This document shows positions 25,166 to 38,559 of a stretch of DNA of 64,000 bases, piece by piece. The stretch is from NCBI RefSeq assembly GCF_036365525.1, contig NC_090412.1, forward strand, positions 21,644,029 through 21,708,028, written 5' to 3'. This DNA is from Heterodontus francisci. Its lineage: Eukaryota. The translations under genes and the position numbers were made by a program. Under the pieces are notes generated by a model. It saw only the letters and a program-made list of their open reading frames with translations. It searched no databases and was not told where the DNA came from. The stretch's first letter is position 1. Every line of letters begins with the position of its first letter.

Positions 25166-25409
25166 AGTTTGTTTTTGTAATTATCACTATATTTTCAACT
25201 TATGATTGGTAAATGCACAATTATGTCACACTAAAGGTACAATTGTATTATGTATGCTTACAAATATGTTAAGACACTATATTTTTGCCTAAATTTCACA
25301 ATGGGAATTAATAGCTTTCAGCTCATCAAAATATGAAGACAGGTAGATGATTTGGGATTTGCTCAAGTGAAACAACTTGCAAGAGAAAGCAAAAACGCAA
25401 TTTCAATAC

Positions 25410-25596
25410 CTGGAAGGGGTTGAAATCCAGTCCTCGTACAGGACCTGCATGCTTCTCACTCTGTCCAATGATGGGATCATTTCCTGTTACAAGGATCTGT
25501 TCTGCACTGTAAAGGGTGATGGTTCCTGTATCCCCTCCAGCTGCTATGACTCCATCAGCGTTTGTACCATGGTTGCTCCAGATCAGTTTGTGAAAT
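25410..25596 (-). CDS. SEC31B: SEC31B coding exon 3 (FHKLIWS...HAGPVRGLDFNPFQ)
   Basis: ttacag acceptor, CAG|gtattg donor, 187 nt, phase 2-0. Confidence 0.96.
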
Positions 25597-26097
25597 CTGT
25601 AATAGTTACGTGATTTACTTTCTTCTTCCCAAACAAAAAAACAAAAATTCTATGTTTAAACAACTTCACTTCTCTTCCAAGTCAACCCACCATGGCCCCA
25701 TGCCATGTCCAAAATGACAGTCTACTTAGGAGGCCTGCTGATCCTGTTTTGTTACATTGTCCCAAGAGCATTGCACAGCGGCGTAGTTGACGGCTCTTCC
25801 AATTTGTCTTCCCTCCCTCCATTTAAGGAAGGGAGAAGCAACTAGCCTCTTTCAAACAGGAGAGGAGCTCACTAGATTGTTGGAATGCAGTTCCACACTC
25901 AACGTATAGGAAAGAATGCAACATAGCGTAATAGGAATACTCACAAGCGCATTCTATTGGCAACAAATGCAAGATATTCTGTGAATCCTAGTCCCAGTTG
26001 CTCAGGATTTTCATTTTAAAAAAAAAATTGTATGCTATAAAAAGGAATTGTCAATCTTTTATTGCCACATGTTTAGGCATATACACCAAGCACTCAC

Positions 26098-26221
26098 CTG
26101 CTAGTAGCAGGTAGGCAGCCTCGCAATTTTGCATCCAATGAGGGATCTGAAAAGTCCAGCTCATAAATCTCCAGTGCTGCATTTGTGCTGAAGGTAGCAT
26201 CCAACTGTTGTGCCGAGGTAC
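26098..26221 (-). CDS. SEC31B: SEC31B coding exon 2 ([30 protein letters not shown]...SR)
   Basis: ctgtag acceptor, AG|gtgagt donor, 124 nt, phase 1-2. Confidence 0.96.
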
Positions 26222-26899
26222 CTACAGTGTAAAAGAAAGGTGTAACTTGCACTTCAACAATAATTGATAGACTTATGGCAATTCCTATTAAAGTGACTTT
26301 TCAAAAACAGCTATGGCAATTTGACTTTTGCTAGCCAAGTTATTTTGTTAACAGAACGAAATTTCAGAGGGTGCCCATTGGGCCATTACAGCAACATTCT
26401 CATGCCTTTCGAGTATTTGAAGGCAGCAACCAAGGATTTGGAAATATAGTGCATACAGACAAGCAATCAGTACAGAAGAACAAACATATTTAAATTGCAC
26501 TTTTCACAACCTCGGGACATCCCAGAGCAGTTTACAGCCAATTAACTACTTACTGAAGTGCAGTCACTATCTTAATAGGGAAGGGCCAAGATCCCAACAA
26601 ATGCAGCTATAGTGAAGGCCCTCATTACTGTTTCGCTGGTTGTTGTGTTAGGTGCACAAAGCTGTGCCAATAAATGTGGGTTTTGTAAATGATGCTGTGT
26701 CACTGGATCACAAGCTGGATGCCCTGTAACACTGGGTCACAGAGTACCCAGCAAAACATCACTTCATCCTGAGATGAGGGCGTGATGCTGTATTACTCAA
26801 TGGTGGGCTGGCTATGTAACACTGTGGCACTGAACACTGGGTGTAATGTTGTGTCAAGGCGATTGTTACTGGAGCACATAAACTAGGGTGACTGTTCGG

Positions 26900-27702
26900 T
26901 GGATTACTGAGGGAGTGTTGGACAGTCAGACATGCTGTCTTTCAGATGAGATTGTATCAAATTTTGCTTGATAACATTCCTGTGAAATGCCTTGGATGTT
27001 TTGCTATGTTAAAGGTGCTTTGCAAATGCAAGTTATAATTGTTGTTGAGACGTTAAAGCAAAGACCGGTCTGCCTCGCAGGTGGATGTAAATGATCCCAT
27101 GGCACTAATGGAAGAGAAGCAGCAAAATTCTCTTTGAAGTTTTAGATTAGATTAGAGATACAGCACTGAAACAGGCCCTTCGGCCCACCGAGTCTGTGCC
27201 GACCAGCAACCACCCATTTATACTAATCCTACACTAATCCCATATTCCTACCAAACATCCCCATCTGTCCCTATATTTCCCTACCACCTACCTATACTAG
27301 TGACAATTTATAATGGCCAATTTACCTACCAACCTGCAAGTCTTTTTTGGCTTGTGGGAGGAAACCGGAGCACCCGGAGAAAACCCACGCAGACACAGGG
27401 AGAACTTGCAAACTCCACACAGGCAGTACCCGGAATCGAACCCGGGTCCCTGGAGCTGTGAGGCTGCAGTGCTAACCACTGCGACACTGGCCAGTATTTG
27501 TCCCTCAACCAATATCACTATAACAGATTATCTGGTCATGTATTTCATTGCTGTTAGTGGGATCTTTCTGTGCAGAAATTGGCTGCTGTATTTCCCTACA
27601 TTACAACAGTGACTACACTTCGAAGGGGACTTCATTGACTGTAAAACGCTTTGGGACATTGAGATTGTGAAAGGTGCTATTTAAATTCAAGTTCTTTTTT
27701 TC
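26900..27702 (+). mobile_element. Deu-domain SINE split by an L2-like tail fragment and an HE1 insertion
   Basis: Body at 26900-27135 resumes at 27488 (tggccagtatttgtccctcaacc) and continues to the tail. Confidence 0.75.
27142..27487 (-). mobile_element. HE1-type V-SINE, nearly full length, young
   Basis: tRNA head, V-domain, (ctaat)n tail; near-identical to 63621-63976. Confidence 0.92.
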
Positions 27703-28550
27703 ATTCTTTTAATAAAACATTGACACTCCTGGAATTCCAGACCAAGTATATCCTGGTCTCGCTTACAACAGTATTTCAGGAAGTCGCTAAATTCTTAGAC
27801 TGTGTATTTGAACATCAAGACCTCATGCAAACAGTTACTTGGTCAAGTACTCCACTGCATTAAAGACACTGTGTAGTTCTTTTGGTATGGTTCATTCATG
27901 CCACCAGATGCCTTTCAACATTAGTGCTGGAAAACCATCTAAAATCAAGTCATCTGGTTCAATGTACAAGATCCTTTCATGCCTAAAAGCTGGGTTCAAT
28001 TCAGATCAGACTTTAGAGATAAAGTCTTTTCCAGTTGTTAGAACCCAGCATAAATCCAGCTTAGGACAGTCTCAATTTAAATTTGCAATGACTATGGGTT
28101 TCATAAGACTGTCCACAACTTGTCATTTTTACTTTGAGAGCGCAAAAAGCTATAAAGGGAATTGGAAAAATCACACGAGTGCAACAGTAGGTGTTCATCT
28201 GACAATGGAGCTGAGGCAAATTGCTGAGAAAAGAACGAACTCCACCCTGTATTTGGAACTATTGACGTTAACTAATGCTGAGGGACTAAATGGAAAAGCG
28301 ATCCATTCTCCAGCACAAGGAGATCACAATTTTTGGAACACACATTTAGGAGCAGGAAACATGTAAATTTACATAAAATATAAAGAGTATGCTATTTTAT
28401 AACAAAACACTATAAAAGGATATTAAATATATGTGCCCCCGCAACATCCGCAATAGGATAACACTAATTCCAAAATGGAAACTGATTATTATTAGAGGTT
28501 CACAGTGTAGAATACATTCCCTGTGATTTGGATGAATCTTCTGAAGTTAC

Positions 28551-28629
28551 CTGTAGCCAAATAGAGGGGATGGTGAGAAGCAGGACTCCAGGACTGAATG
28601 GCTGTCCTCTCAATCTCCTTCAGCTTCAT
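28551..28629 (-). CDS. SEC31B: SEC31B first coding exon ([26 protein letters not shown]); exon begins at 28643 with 14 nt of UTR
   Basis: tatcag acceptor, ATG at 28629, G|gtaact donor; Sec31 N-terminus; paralogue assigned from residues and synteny with NDUFB8/HIF1AN. Confidence 0.95.
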
Positions 28630-28699
28630 TTTGTCTTATTGACCTGATAAACAAAATACAGTGATCATGAAAAACTGCCCAATATCAGACAGCACACTA

Positions 28700-28826
28700 G
28701 GTTCTGATGAAGGGTCATCAACCTGAAACATTAACTGTTTCTCTCTCGCTGATGCTGCCTGACCTGAGTACTTCCAGCATTTTCCACCTTTATTTCAAAT
28801 TTCCAGCACATGCAGTATTTTGCTTG
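28700..28826 (+). mobile_element. Penelope-like terminal repeat fragment with a hammerhead-like core
   Basis: ttctgatgaagggtcatcaacctgaaacattaact...ttccagca..gcagtattttgct, same as the 3' end of the element at 47900-50310. Confidence 0.8.
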
Positions 28827-31289
28827 AGACACTATGTATGCGATATTGTTATGCAGCTGGGAGATCCATTGTAGAGCTTCAGGCTCAGCCACTCACATCA
28901 ATGCGATGAGAAGTCTAGATAAATTAAATTTAGGAGAGTGAGCTCCTTGAGGTGGAAATGTTCCTCGGCTTTTAGCAATCATGTGGGACCATTGTATATT
29001 CCAGAGTGTATAGGGACCACCACATAAGCACAGTGAAGCTGTATAAATGGGCAAGCATGAAAAAAAGGCCACTTATTGACAGACCAAATAACTTACATTG
29101 CAAAATATATAAGTGGCACTCTGAAACCACAGACAAGTTACAAACTACAGGCAGCCTTCAATGTACCAAGTCTTTTACAGCTTAAAACACAGGACATAGC
29201 TTGACGTCAGATTTTAAAATGTTCAAATTATGCACTGTGGCCGAGTCTGAAAAGTATGACCACTGACAGATGGTTACCGGATTCCATTTTGTCAATGCCA
29301 GTTTCGGGGTTTGACCACCACCACTGACCCCTGCTTCCAAAAGCAATCTTGTTGAGAACACAAGCCAGAAGATGTGCACGCTCCTGACTCCACACAGATC
29401 CCAAAATATACATGCTCCCAACCCCACAAAGTATTACAGTTGTCCATCTTCTAATGGTGGCGTTAGGAACAGGTTCCACTGCTCTGCTATTGCACTTAGA
29501 AGATCAGTTTTGTTATAATTGCTTTTGAATGCAAGTGCTTAGCACTGCTGCAGCTGAGTAGGTGCTAATGACAATCTCAGCTGGTTCTTCAAGATTATTG
29601 GGACAATTGGTAACAGTACGTACAATGATCATTTTGAAAATAAAGACACCAGCAAAAGAACATCTGTGCAAGTCTCTTAGGTGTACTTAATTTACAGGTT
29701 TCACTAATCAGATGTGGCAGCTGTCTGCATAGCAGAGAACAACCCTGCCAGTGCTTGCTTTACTGCAGAACAACTGCAACTTTCCCAAGGAGAGAATAAC
29801 GTGGTCGCTCTGGTGTTTATGGTCCTGGCTTCCAAACTAAGTCTGTGTCCTGGTGGAACAGGATTTTTATACAAGCAGATTCTTGTCACAAGTTATTTTT
29901 CTCAAAACCCTATAGAAAAAAAAAACACACTTACGCCAATACACTTTAATGTTACAGCAAAACACTCCTGTGCTATTCTTAATTCATCACCATAAATTCT
30001 CACATTTACAAGCAACATATCAACAACTGTTACTATTTCACCCCACAAGAGCAATGCAGTGCAAAATGCTTTCTGCACATTATAATCGAAGTTTGAAAGG
30101 AAAAAATCTATAACTGTATTTCTGATTGTTTTTCCACAGCTCAAGAGGTTATAACGCATCAACTATTACATTTTTCTGAAATTTGAACGACGACACTGTT
30201 GTGCGTACAAGAGCAGCACACAGAGTGTGTGCAACAGTAGCTCAGCTACCTGCCTTTTTGGCTTTCCAAGCATGGCTGTAGGTGGTTAAGTGCAGCGGTG
30301 GGGGGTGAAAGGGAGAGGGAAGAACTGGCAGGCAATATGACCTCAAAAAAAAAATTTTCCAAAGAACATTACAGGCTGTTTTTGGCAATAATACTGAAGG
30401 CAGCTCCTGGGAGGAAAGTGCTAATGGAAAAGTAGTTACAGGTTTCACTTGGGCATGTTCCATTAACATTTTGCATACTCAAATCTACTTTCCCAGGAAT
30501 TGGTTATGTCCCAGCCCTTAAACACATACATATGCCATGCAGTGCTTGTTCAGCATTGAAATTCAAGAGCTGATACAGGGAACTGGTGATCCTACCAAGG
30601 AATGATTACTAAAATACTGATAGGTCAAAAACACTGTGCATTCATTGTATTGTAATGGTTAATAAATTGGAAAGTTTCACAGGTGTACTTAACTTGATAT
30701 TGATCATTTTTTATGGTTCGTATAATCAGGTAGCTGGAAAGAACAGAGAGGAAATATACCAAGGACCTGCCTGATGACAGCAGCATAGCAAAGCTGGTCT
30801 CCGAATCACCTGGAGTGAGCCTTCCTTTTTCAGTTGAGGTGAAGACAGTGGAGTTAACAAAGTCACAAATAGTGGAGGGTGTCTGCCTGCGTGTATATGT
30901 CTGAGAGGGAGGGAGGGGATTACTGGCACAATACACAAATTCTTGCATTTCTTGTGGCAGAAGTGTTGAAAGAGATGTCAGCGAGTGTGCTAAGTCACCT
31001 TGCCAACGCTGTGGAAGATGTAGGTGAACACTTGCAATTCTCTCCATTATCTTTTTTCCCCCCAAAAATATACCTTATTCATAAAAATTTGTAAAAGATG
31101 CATTACAAAACAGTTCAAATTTGACATTTCAGAAAGTACAATAGAGATCAGATTCTTTTGATATAGAACATGAGTTGCCTCACAACTCTTGCCATCCCAT
31201 TTTATATGCAATGTATTTGCATTACACAGCAAAAACATATTTTGGTGCAAACAGCCCAAGGGGTTCTACATGGGTTCCAGCCCCTCGGC

Positions 31290-33830
31290 ATACTATGGCA
31301 GGAGGGCCTTACACATCACCCTCATCTACAAGCAAAGTGAGAAATCAGAAACTACCGGCCCATCTTTTCTTTTGGGCCTCCTTATCTCGAGAGACAATGG
31401 ATACGCGCCTGGAGGTGGTCAGTGGTTTGTGAAGCAGCGCCTGGAGTGGCTATAAAGACCAATTCTAGAGTGACAGGCTCTTCCACAGGTGCTGCAGAGA
31501 AATTTGTTTGTTGGGGCTGTTGCACAGTTGGCTCTCCCCTTGCGCCTCTGTCTTTTTTCCTGCCAACTACTAAGTCTCTTCGACTCGCCACATTTTAGCC
31601 CTGTCTTTATGGCTGCCCGCCAGCTCTGGCGAACGCTGGCAACTGACTCCCACGACTTGTGATCAGTGTCACAGGATTTCATGTCGCATTTGCAGACGTC
31701 TTTAAAGCGGAGACGTGGACGGCCAGTGGGTCTGATACCAGTGGCGAACTCGCTGTACAATGTGTCTTTGGGGATCTTGCCATCTTCCATGCGGCTCACA
31801 TGGCCAAGCCATCTCAAGCGCCGCTGACTCAGTAGCGTGTACAAGCTGGGGATGTTGGCCACCTCGAGGACTTGTGTGTTGGAGATACGGTCCTGCCACC
31901 TGATGCCAAGTATTCTCCGGAGGCAGCGAAGATGGAATGAATTGAGACATCGCTCTTGGCTGGCATACGTTGTCCAGGCCTCGCTGCCATAGAGCAAGGT
32001 ACTGAGGACACAGGCTTGATACACATGGACTTTTGTGTTCCGTGTCAGTGCGCCATTTTCCCACACTCTCTTGGCCAGTCTGGACATAGCAGTGGAAGCC
32101 TTACCCATGCGCTTGTTGATTTCTGCATCGAGAGACAGGTTACTGGTGATAGTTGAGCCTAGGTAGGTGAACTCTTGAACCACTTCCAGAGCGTGGTCGC
32201 CAATATTGATGGATGGAGCATTACTGACGTCCTGCCCCATGATGTTCGTTTTCTTGAGGCTGATGGTTGAAGAGTGCCTGCAGACTCTCATCGACAAGGC
32301 TGCCTGCAATGAATTTGGCCTAACCATCAGCTTCAAGAAAACGAACATCATGGGGCAGGACGTCAGAAATGCTCCATCCATCAATATTGGCGACCACGCT
32401 CCGGAAGTGGTTCGAGAGTTCACCTACCTAGGCTCAACTATCACCAGTAACCGGTCTCTAGATGCAGAAATCAACAAGCGCATGGGAAAGGCTTCCACTG
32501 CTATGTCCAGACTGGCCAAGAGAGTGTGGGAAAATGGCGCACTGACACGGAACACAAAAGTCCGAGTGTATCAGGCCTGTGCCCTCAGTACCTTGCTCTA
32601 TGGCAGCGAGGCCTGGACAACGTATGCCAGCCAAGAGCGACGTCTCAATTCATTCCATCTTCGCTGCCTCCGGAGAATACCCGGCCCATCTCACTGCTCA
32701 ATATAGACTACAAAACTCTGTCCAAAGTCAGTCAGCGCCAGTCGGGTCAAGTCTGCTCTGGAGTTGGTGATTCACCCCAATCAGACCTGTACTGTACCCA
32801 GCAGGAAGATATCAGATAGCCTCGTGCTAATTAGGGATACGATCACCTATGTACTGGACAGGGGGGTGGACGCAAGCCTCATCAGCTTGGACCAAGAGAA
32901 GGCTTTTGACAGGATATCGCACATGATGGACATGCTCTCCAAAATGAGGTTTGGGAAGGGACTCCAGAATTGGATCCAACGGCTCTAAACAATCAGTAGC
33001 ACAGTACGAATCAATGTGAGGGAATCGGAAAGTTTTCTGATCTAATCTGGAGTCAGACAGGGCTCTCCTCTCTCCCCTGTCTTGTTTGTTTGTTGCATCG
33101 AAGCTTTTGCTGAGTCCATCAGGAAGGACATAGGTATTAGCGGGGTGACAATCCCAGGCAGCTGAGGCACTCAGGTCAAAGCCTCCTCATACATGGACGC
33201 TGTCGTCGTCTTCTGCTCAGATCCGCTGTCTGTTTGCAGGCTGATGAGCATCTGCAACCAGTTCGAACTGGCCTCGGGAGCCGAAGTAAATCAAGGCAAG
33301 AGCGAGGCCATGTTCTTTGGGAACAGGGCCCACCGATCACTTGATCCCTTCACTGTCAGGTCAAAATACCTGAAGGTGCTGGGTATATGGTCCAGAGGGG
33401 CCGGGGCATGTGCCAAAAACTAGAAGGAATGTGCAGCCGTGTTAAAACAGAAACTGGGCATGTGGGAGCAGAGTTCTCTCTCCATTGCGGGCAAGAACCT
33501 GGTCATCAGGTACGAGGCCTCAAATTATTACTGTATATGGCGCAGGTCTGGCCCATACCCCACTCCTGCACCATGGCAGTCACCCAAGCCATCTTCCACT
33601 TTATCTGGAGGTCAAAAATGGACCGTGTCCGCAGGGACACGATGTTCAAACCTCTGGATAAAGGGAGAAAAGTCAGTCCCAATGTCGCCCTCATCCTGAT
33701 GGACACCTTTATGTGTGACCACATCAAGCTGTGCGTATAACCCTAGTACACAAACACCAAGTGTCATACATGCTGAGGTTCTATCTGTCCCCGGTGTTGT
33801 GAAGGATGGGCCTGGCCACATTGCCTCAAT
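31290..33830 (+). mobile_element. Tx1/L1-clade LINE RT fragment, interrupted by an RTE insertion
   Basis: ITLIYK..EIRNYRPI (left) joins RPISLLNIDYKTLSK, SLDQEKAFDRISH, GVRQGSPLSP and YMDA (right). Confidence 0.85.
31366..32680 (-). mobile_element. RTE-clade LINE, 5'-truncated with inverted duplication, 11-bp TSD
   Basis: FTYLGS, TLLYGSEAW, RRLRWLGHV.RM and C-terminal CSTCGRACHSRIGLYSH; TSD ccggcccatct. Confidence 0.93.
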
Positions 33831-36800
33831 ACTCTCCATTATCAGGATGCTGATCATAGCCAGTCTGTCAGAGAGAAGCACTGAATGAAGGCTGAACAGT
33901 TCCTTCGTGGGAAGGTAAAATAACATTTGAATGTTATACTTTTTGCAGTAACAGAACTATTATACCTGTCAATTTTGAGACAAAACATTTAATTCCACTG
34001 GTAGCCATCCTCTCAAGCTCACCAGCTCCCTCTCCCTTCACCTTTAATAATGCATCTTTAATGACATCCCAGTTGTCAATTACTGCTTAAACACATTCCA
34101 AAAATGAAGAGAAGGGGCAAGGAATAACTTAAAAGCAACACAGACTGCCATTCTAATTTACGTGGTTTACTGTTCTCACCCTTGCAGGACAGAGCATCCC
34201 ATCACTTACTGTATGCAGCAAATAGAAGATTTATAATTATCAAGCACACATTTTACTGAATTACATAGAATTGACAGAGACAGATCATTCAGCCCAACTG
34301 GCCTATGCTGGTGCTTATGCTCCACACAAGCACCTCTCCACTCAACTAACAACATATCCTCCAGTGACTATTCCTTTCCTCCTCCTAAATGTCCTCTGAC
34401 AAAGACAAGGTTCTCAGCTCCAACTTGAATGGCAACCAACCTTTGAATAAGCTGTTCCAGTGCAGATTCATCAACTAGCTTTGGAACCTCAGAAAAAAAA
34501 TGTGTTGCACTTTCAGCAGAATAATAGATTGTTTAATTAAATGGCATAATGCTCCTCTCCTTATCAAACAGTGCATCTTCTGACTGACCAATAGCAGAAG
34601 ATTTACTAGCAATTTAAAAACCTTATGTATGATGAAACTCCTGTCCATCACAATTCCTGTACCAGCTTGGTTGCCGTGCTTGTAATATGTACAGTCTGTG
34701 TCACACTTCCACATTACTGAAACTTTGAATTGATGAATTAGCTACAAACAGTGAGGTAACAAAGCAACTGAATGGGAGAAAGCAGGTAGTTAAATTTTTA
34801 GTGAAAAACCCCAAAGAATTTATCAATACAGCAGCCTCAATGAAACATCAAGACAGCATAACCATAAAGCAAAGGTGCACTTATCAAATCCTTCAAATTA
34901 TTTTAAAATCCTTTTCAGCAGTCATTGTCCCCATAATAAGTGAAATTTCTAATATTCAAATCAAGGATTACAACAGTGTGTACTTATTTGGTGCTTCGTA
35001 CATGCAAGAAAACAGCTTCCATGCCCTTTAAAATTAGGAAATGGAGAATATGTACACTGAGCATTGGAAATGGGAGGGAGATGGAGGGGCTAGCTTGAGG
35101 AACTAAATCCATGTTTGAGGTGGTTTTTGGAACAGGGGGAAGAACATGACAAAGGTGAACAGATAGACTTGTAGAAGGCAGAAGCATAGCAGCCAAAACA
35201 AGTGGTCACCAATACTGGAAGGGAGGGAGCACAAGGAGCTGTGTTGTCTAATACATTAGCCACATGCGTCTAGTGGTTAATTACATTTGTAAGCTAAAAA
35301 AAAGTGAGGCACCATTGTTAGGCAAGCGATCGCAATACTCATTTACACATATGGGCATGTGAACTTTAACCTTTTTTGCATGCTTGTTGCTGAAAGGGTA
35401 AGACAAAAGGCAGAGTGTGCAAATGTTTGCTAACCATTATGCGTGCTTTGCTTTCTTGGCTCTTGGCTATCTACTAGAATGGTGTGCAACATGGGTGGAA
35501 ACATCAGCAAGATTGCATGGAGTGGGGAGTCGTTACTGTGGTCAACTCAACCGATAGGAATAGCTGCTCCCGGCCAGGAGAACGCAAGGCAAATCAATGA
35601 CGAACAAATCCAACAGAACAGATCATGGCAAAGGGGCAAGCATCATCCACCTGCAATCTGAATGCTGAGCAGGGGCAAGGCTGGTACATCATCTTGTGCG
35701 AGGCAACATTCCCAGCAATTACTCTGAAGATATTGTTTATAACTGCTGGACAAAAACCTAGACACTGCGGTGTGCCTGAAATTCATGCCAGAATCGTAAA
35801 CTCAGGTGAAAGACTGCAAGGCTCATACTGAATGGTGGTAAATGTTTGGTAAGTAAATATACATGAAGTACATTTAACTCTTGTATAAGGCGTTTTCTAC
35901 TAAAATTAGTGTGTGTGGCTAAAACAGTCACCATAGTCACACCTGTGACTAGTCAGCAATTTCTATTGGCTGTGATTGTCAGAATGCAGAAGCTGTATGC
36001 AGAAACGCAGGGCAGAAGTTACAAAAGTACAATGTGGAAAAACCAGGGAGAGATTTGAAAACTAAATTTTGAGACTGTTACACTAAAGCGCATCAAACTG
36101 GGAGAGCACGTGGGCAATGGGAGTGAATTGTGGCCGAGGTTGTTTCAGCTCAGTTGGATTTTGCAAAGACTGGCATGGGGAGGACAGCTGGAAGAGCATT
36201 GGAGGAGCGAAGCCTCGAGGTGAAGGATGGGGTGAGGGTTTTGGCAGCAGCAGAAGATACGTCACAGAGTTTGCCAATATTGCAGAGTCAAATGAAACCA
36301 GTTTTAGTTATGGAGGGAAGGAAGTTAAATGCAGAAGCTAGCAAGCACCAAGGTTCTGCATTTCTGGCCAGGGATGTTGGTGGACATTATACATCAATTT
36401 TTCTTTTTAACAGCAATAAATCACAAAATATATACAACAAAGTCATTTCCTGCTACTTTTTCCTGAACTGAAGGTAATCTTGCCTTTCCCCAAGGGTAGC
36501 AACCAATCTAGCACGACAGCAAAATCAGTAAGCCTTTAGCTGACCACAACTTTGCTCTGCCTTTAAGGCCAAAGGAGATCAGCCAGCATAATCAGTGCTG
36601 ACTGACTTAATCCAAAATTGCAAAGTTGAGTTCAGCGTTCTTTGTTTTGAACATTTTTGGCTAATTTTGTCATTTGTCACAAGTGAAAATTAAGCAGAGG
36701 TGCCACGTTTGCTGGTTCCAAGACAGAGGTTTGCAAGGTACCTGCAACATAGTATAGCAGGAATCACTACACACTTTTAAAATTACTTCACGTAAAACTG

Positions 36801-37227
36801 TGTACTATTGCAAAAATAAACCAACTTGGCAATGGCGAAGAACATCCAAACTACATTCAAACTCAACAAGCACACTTTTAAGCCAAAATATACTAGATGT
36901 GGTACTTCACAATAATCAACGAAAGATATTTTTGATAATTTTGTAAAGATGCCAAGTGTACAGCATTGATCCAAGAAACTGGAACATTCCTGGAAACAAC
37001 AGGTTATCCTGGAAATTTTCCAACACCAATAAAAAAGTCCATGCATGATATGAAATATAGAGCCAAACAGCATAAATGAATAAACCCTTGAGCACTGGTC
37101 TCACCATTACAGCCAAACACAGCCCCATCAGGGAACAACTGAGACATCACCATGAGGGGACAAGGACCCAGAAGGTTGCCAGAGATATTTGTGCAACAGT
37201 GATGTGGAAAAGGTTTTCACTAGACCA

Positions 37228-37605
37228 AAGAAAGAATGACTTGCATTTATATAGCACCATTCACCACCTCAGGATGTCCCAAAGAATTTTACAGCCAGTG
37301 AATTACTATTGAAGTGCAGCCACTTGTAATGTAGGAAATTAATCAACCAATTTGTGCACAGCAAGCTCCCACAGCAATGTGATAATGGCCAGATAATTTG
37401 TTTACCGATGTTAATTGAAGTATAAATGTTGGCTAGGACACCGGGGAGAACTCCTTTGCTCTTTTTCCAAATAGCGCCATGGGATCTTTTACATCCAGCT
37501 GAGGACAAACTAAGCCTCAGCTTAACGTGTCATCTGAAAAACAGCACTTCTGAAGTGCAGCACTCCCTCAATACTGCACTGGAGTGTCAATCTAGATTTT
37601 TGTAC
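37228..37605 (-). mobile_element. Deu-domain SINE
   Basis: Reverse complement of the 13728-14142 family. Confidence 0.85.
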
Positions 37606-38289
37606 TACAGGTATCAAAAAGCAATATCAAAACAGATGCAGGAATAGTAGAAGAATCTAGGGAAGTGACTGATATGATTGTGCAGTCAACTTCCATTCAT
37701 TTTAATGAGAAAAAATTCAAATTAACGAATATTTCAAATTAAGCAATTTAAAACAAAACATAAAAGTTGTCTGCTAAAAACAATCAAATGAGCAAGTAAT
37801 GCAAACTGAACAACTTTGGATTAAAAAATATATACTTTATTTTTCCAATTGTCAGCAAAAGCCCAAGGGCATCAACCTAATCTAATAGTTCAAAATACGT
37901 ATATATCAAGCAGCACCCCAAATGATCACGACAGCATTCCAAATAAGTCAATAGCCCAAAGCATCTCCATGATCGAGTGGCTAACAATCTCAAGAGGGTA
38001 GTCTGCAAAATAGAAACCCACACCTTGGGCACAACACTGGAGTGGCACTTAGATACAAAACAGCAGTGAGGAAGGAGACAGATTGTGACTGGAACAGTGT
38101 CCAGGAAGCGGTTTAGAAGCAGGAGATTGAGACCACAGGGACACCAGAAAAGTCTCTGAGGAAGAGAAGGAACAGATATCCCATGCGCTGGTGGAAGAAA
38201 GCATTTTGCAGCCAATTAAGTAGTCTAAAAGCGTCATAATGTAGGAAATGTAGTAGCAATTTGCAAACGAGTTCCACAAAAAGTAACAC

Positions 38290-38555
38290 TGATTTAAGGT
38301 GATTAGCGACATGAGGAAAAAAAACATTTCTGCACAGCGAGTGTTTAGGACCTGGAATGTGTTGTCTGAGCATGTTGGAGGCAGATTCATTTGAGGCCTT
38401 CAAAACAGTATTGGATAATTATCCGAATTGAATAGATTTGCAGGGCTAACGGGAAAAGGCAGGAGAGTAGGACTAGGTGAGTTACTGTTGGAGAGCAGAC
38501 AGACACGACAGACCGAATGGCCTCCTTCTGTGCTGTAACCATTCCATAATTCTAT
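38290..38555 (+). mobile_element. CR1 LINE 3' end
   Basis: gaggcagattca..gaggccttcaaa...ccgaatggcctccttctgtgctgtaa; similar short copies at ~18320-18530 and ~63300-63545. Confidence 0.8.
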
Positions 38556-38559
38556 AACT

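Noticed and set aside
27839-28366. 175-aa plus-strand ORF in a SEC31B intron
   Set aside because: Non-ATG start, no recognisable domain or splice context; consistent with chance
1927-28629. Calling the gene SEC31A
   Set aside because: AHPSG and [11 protein letters not shown] residues and NDUFB8/HIF1AN synteny favour SEC31B
31419-32423. 334-aa ORF as a host gene
   Set aside because: C-terminal part of an RTE ORF; its N-terminus is read-through across the fold-back junction
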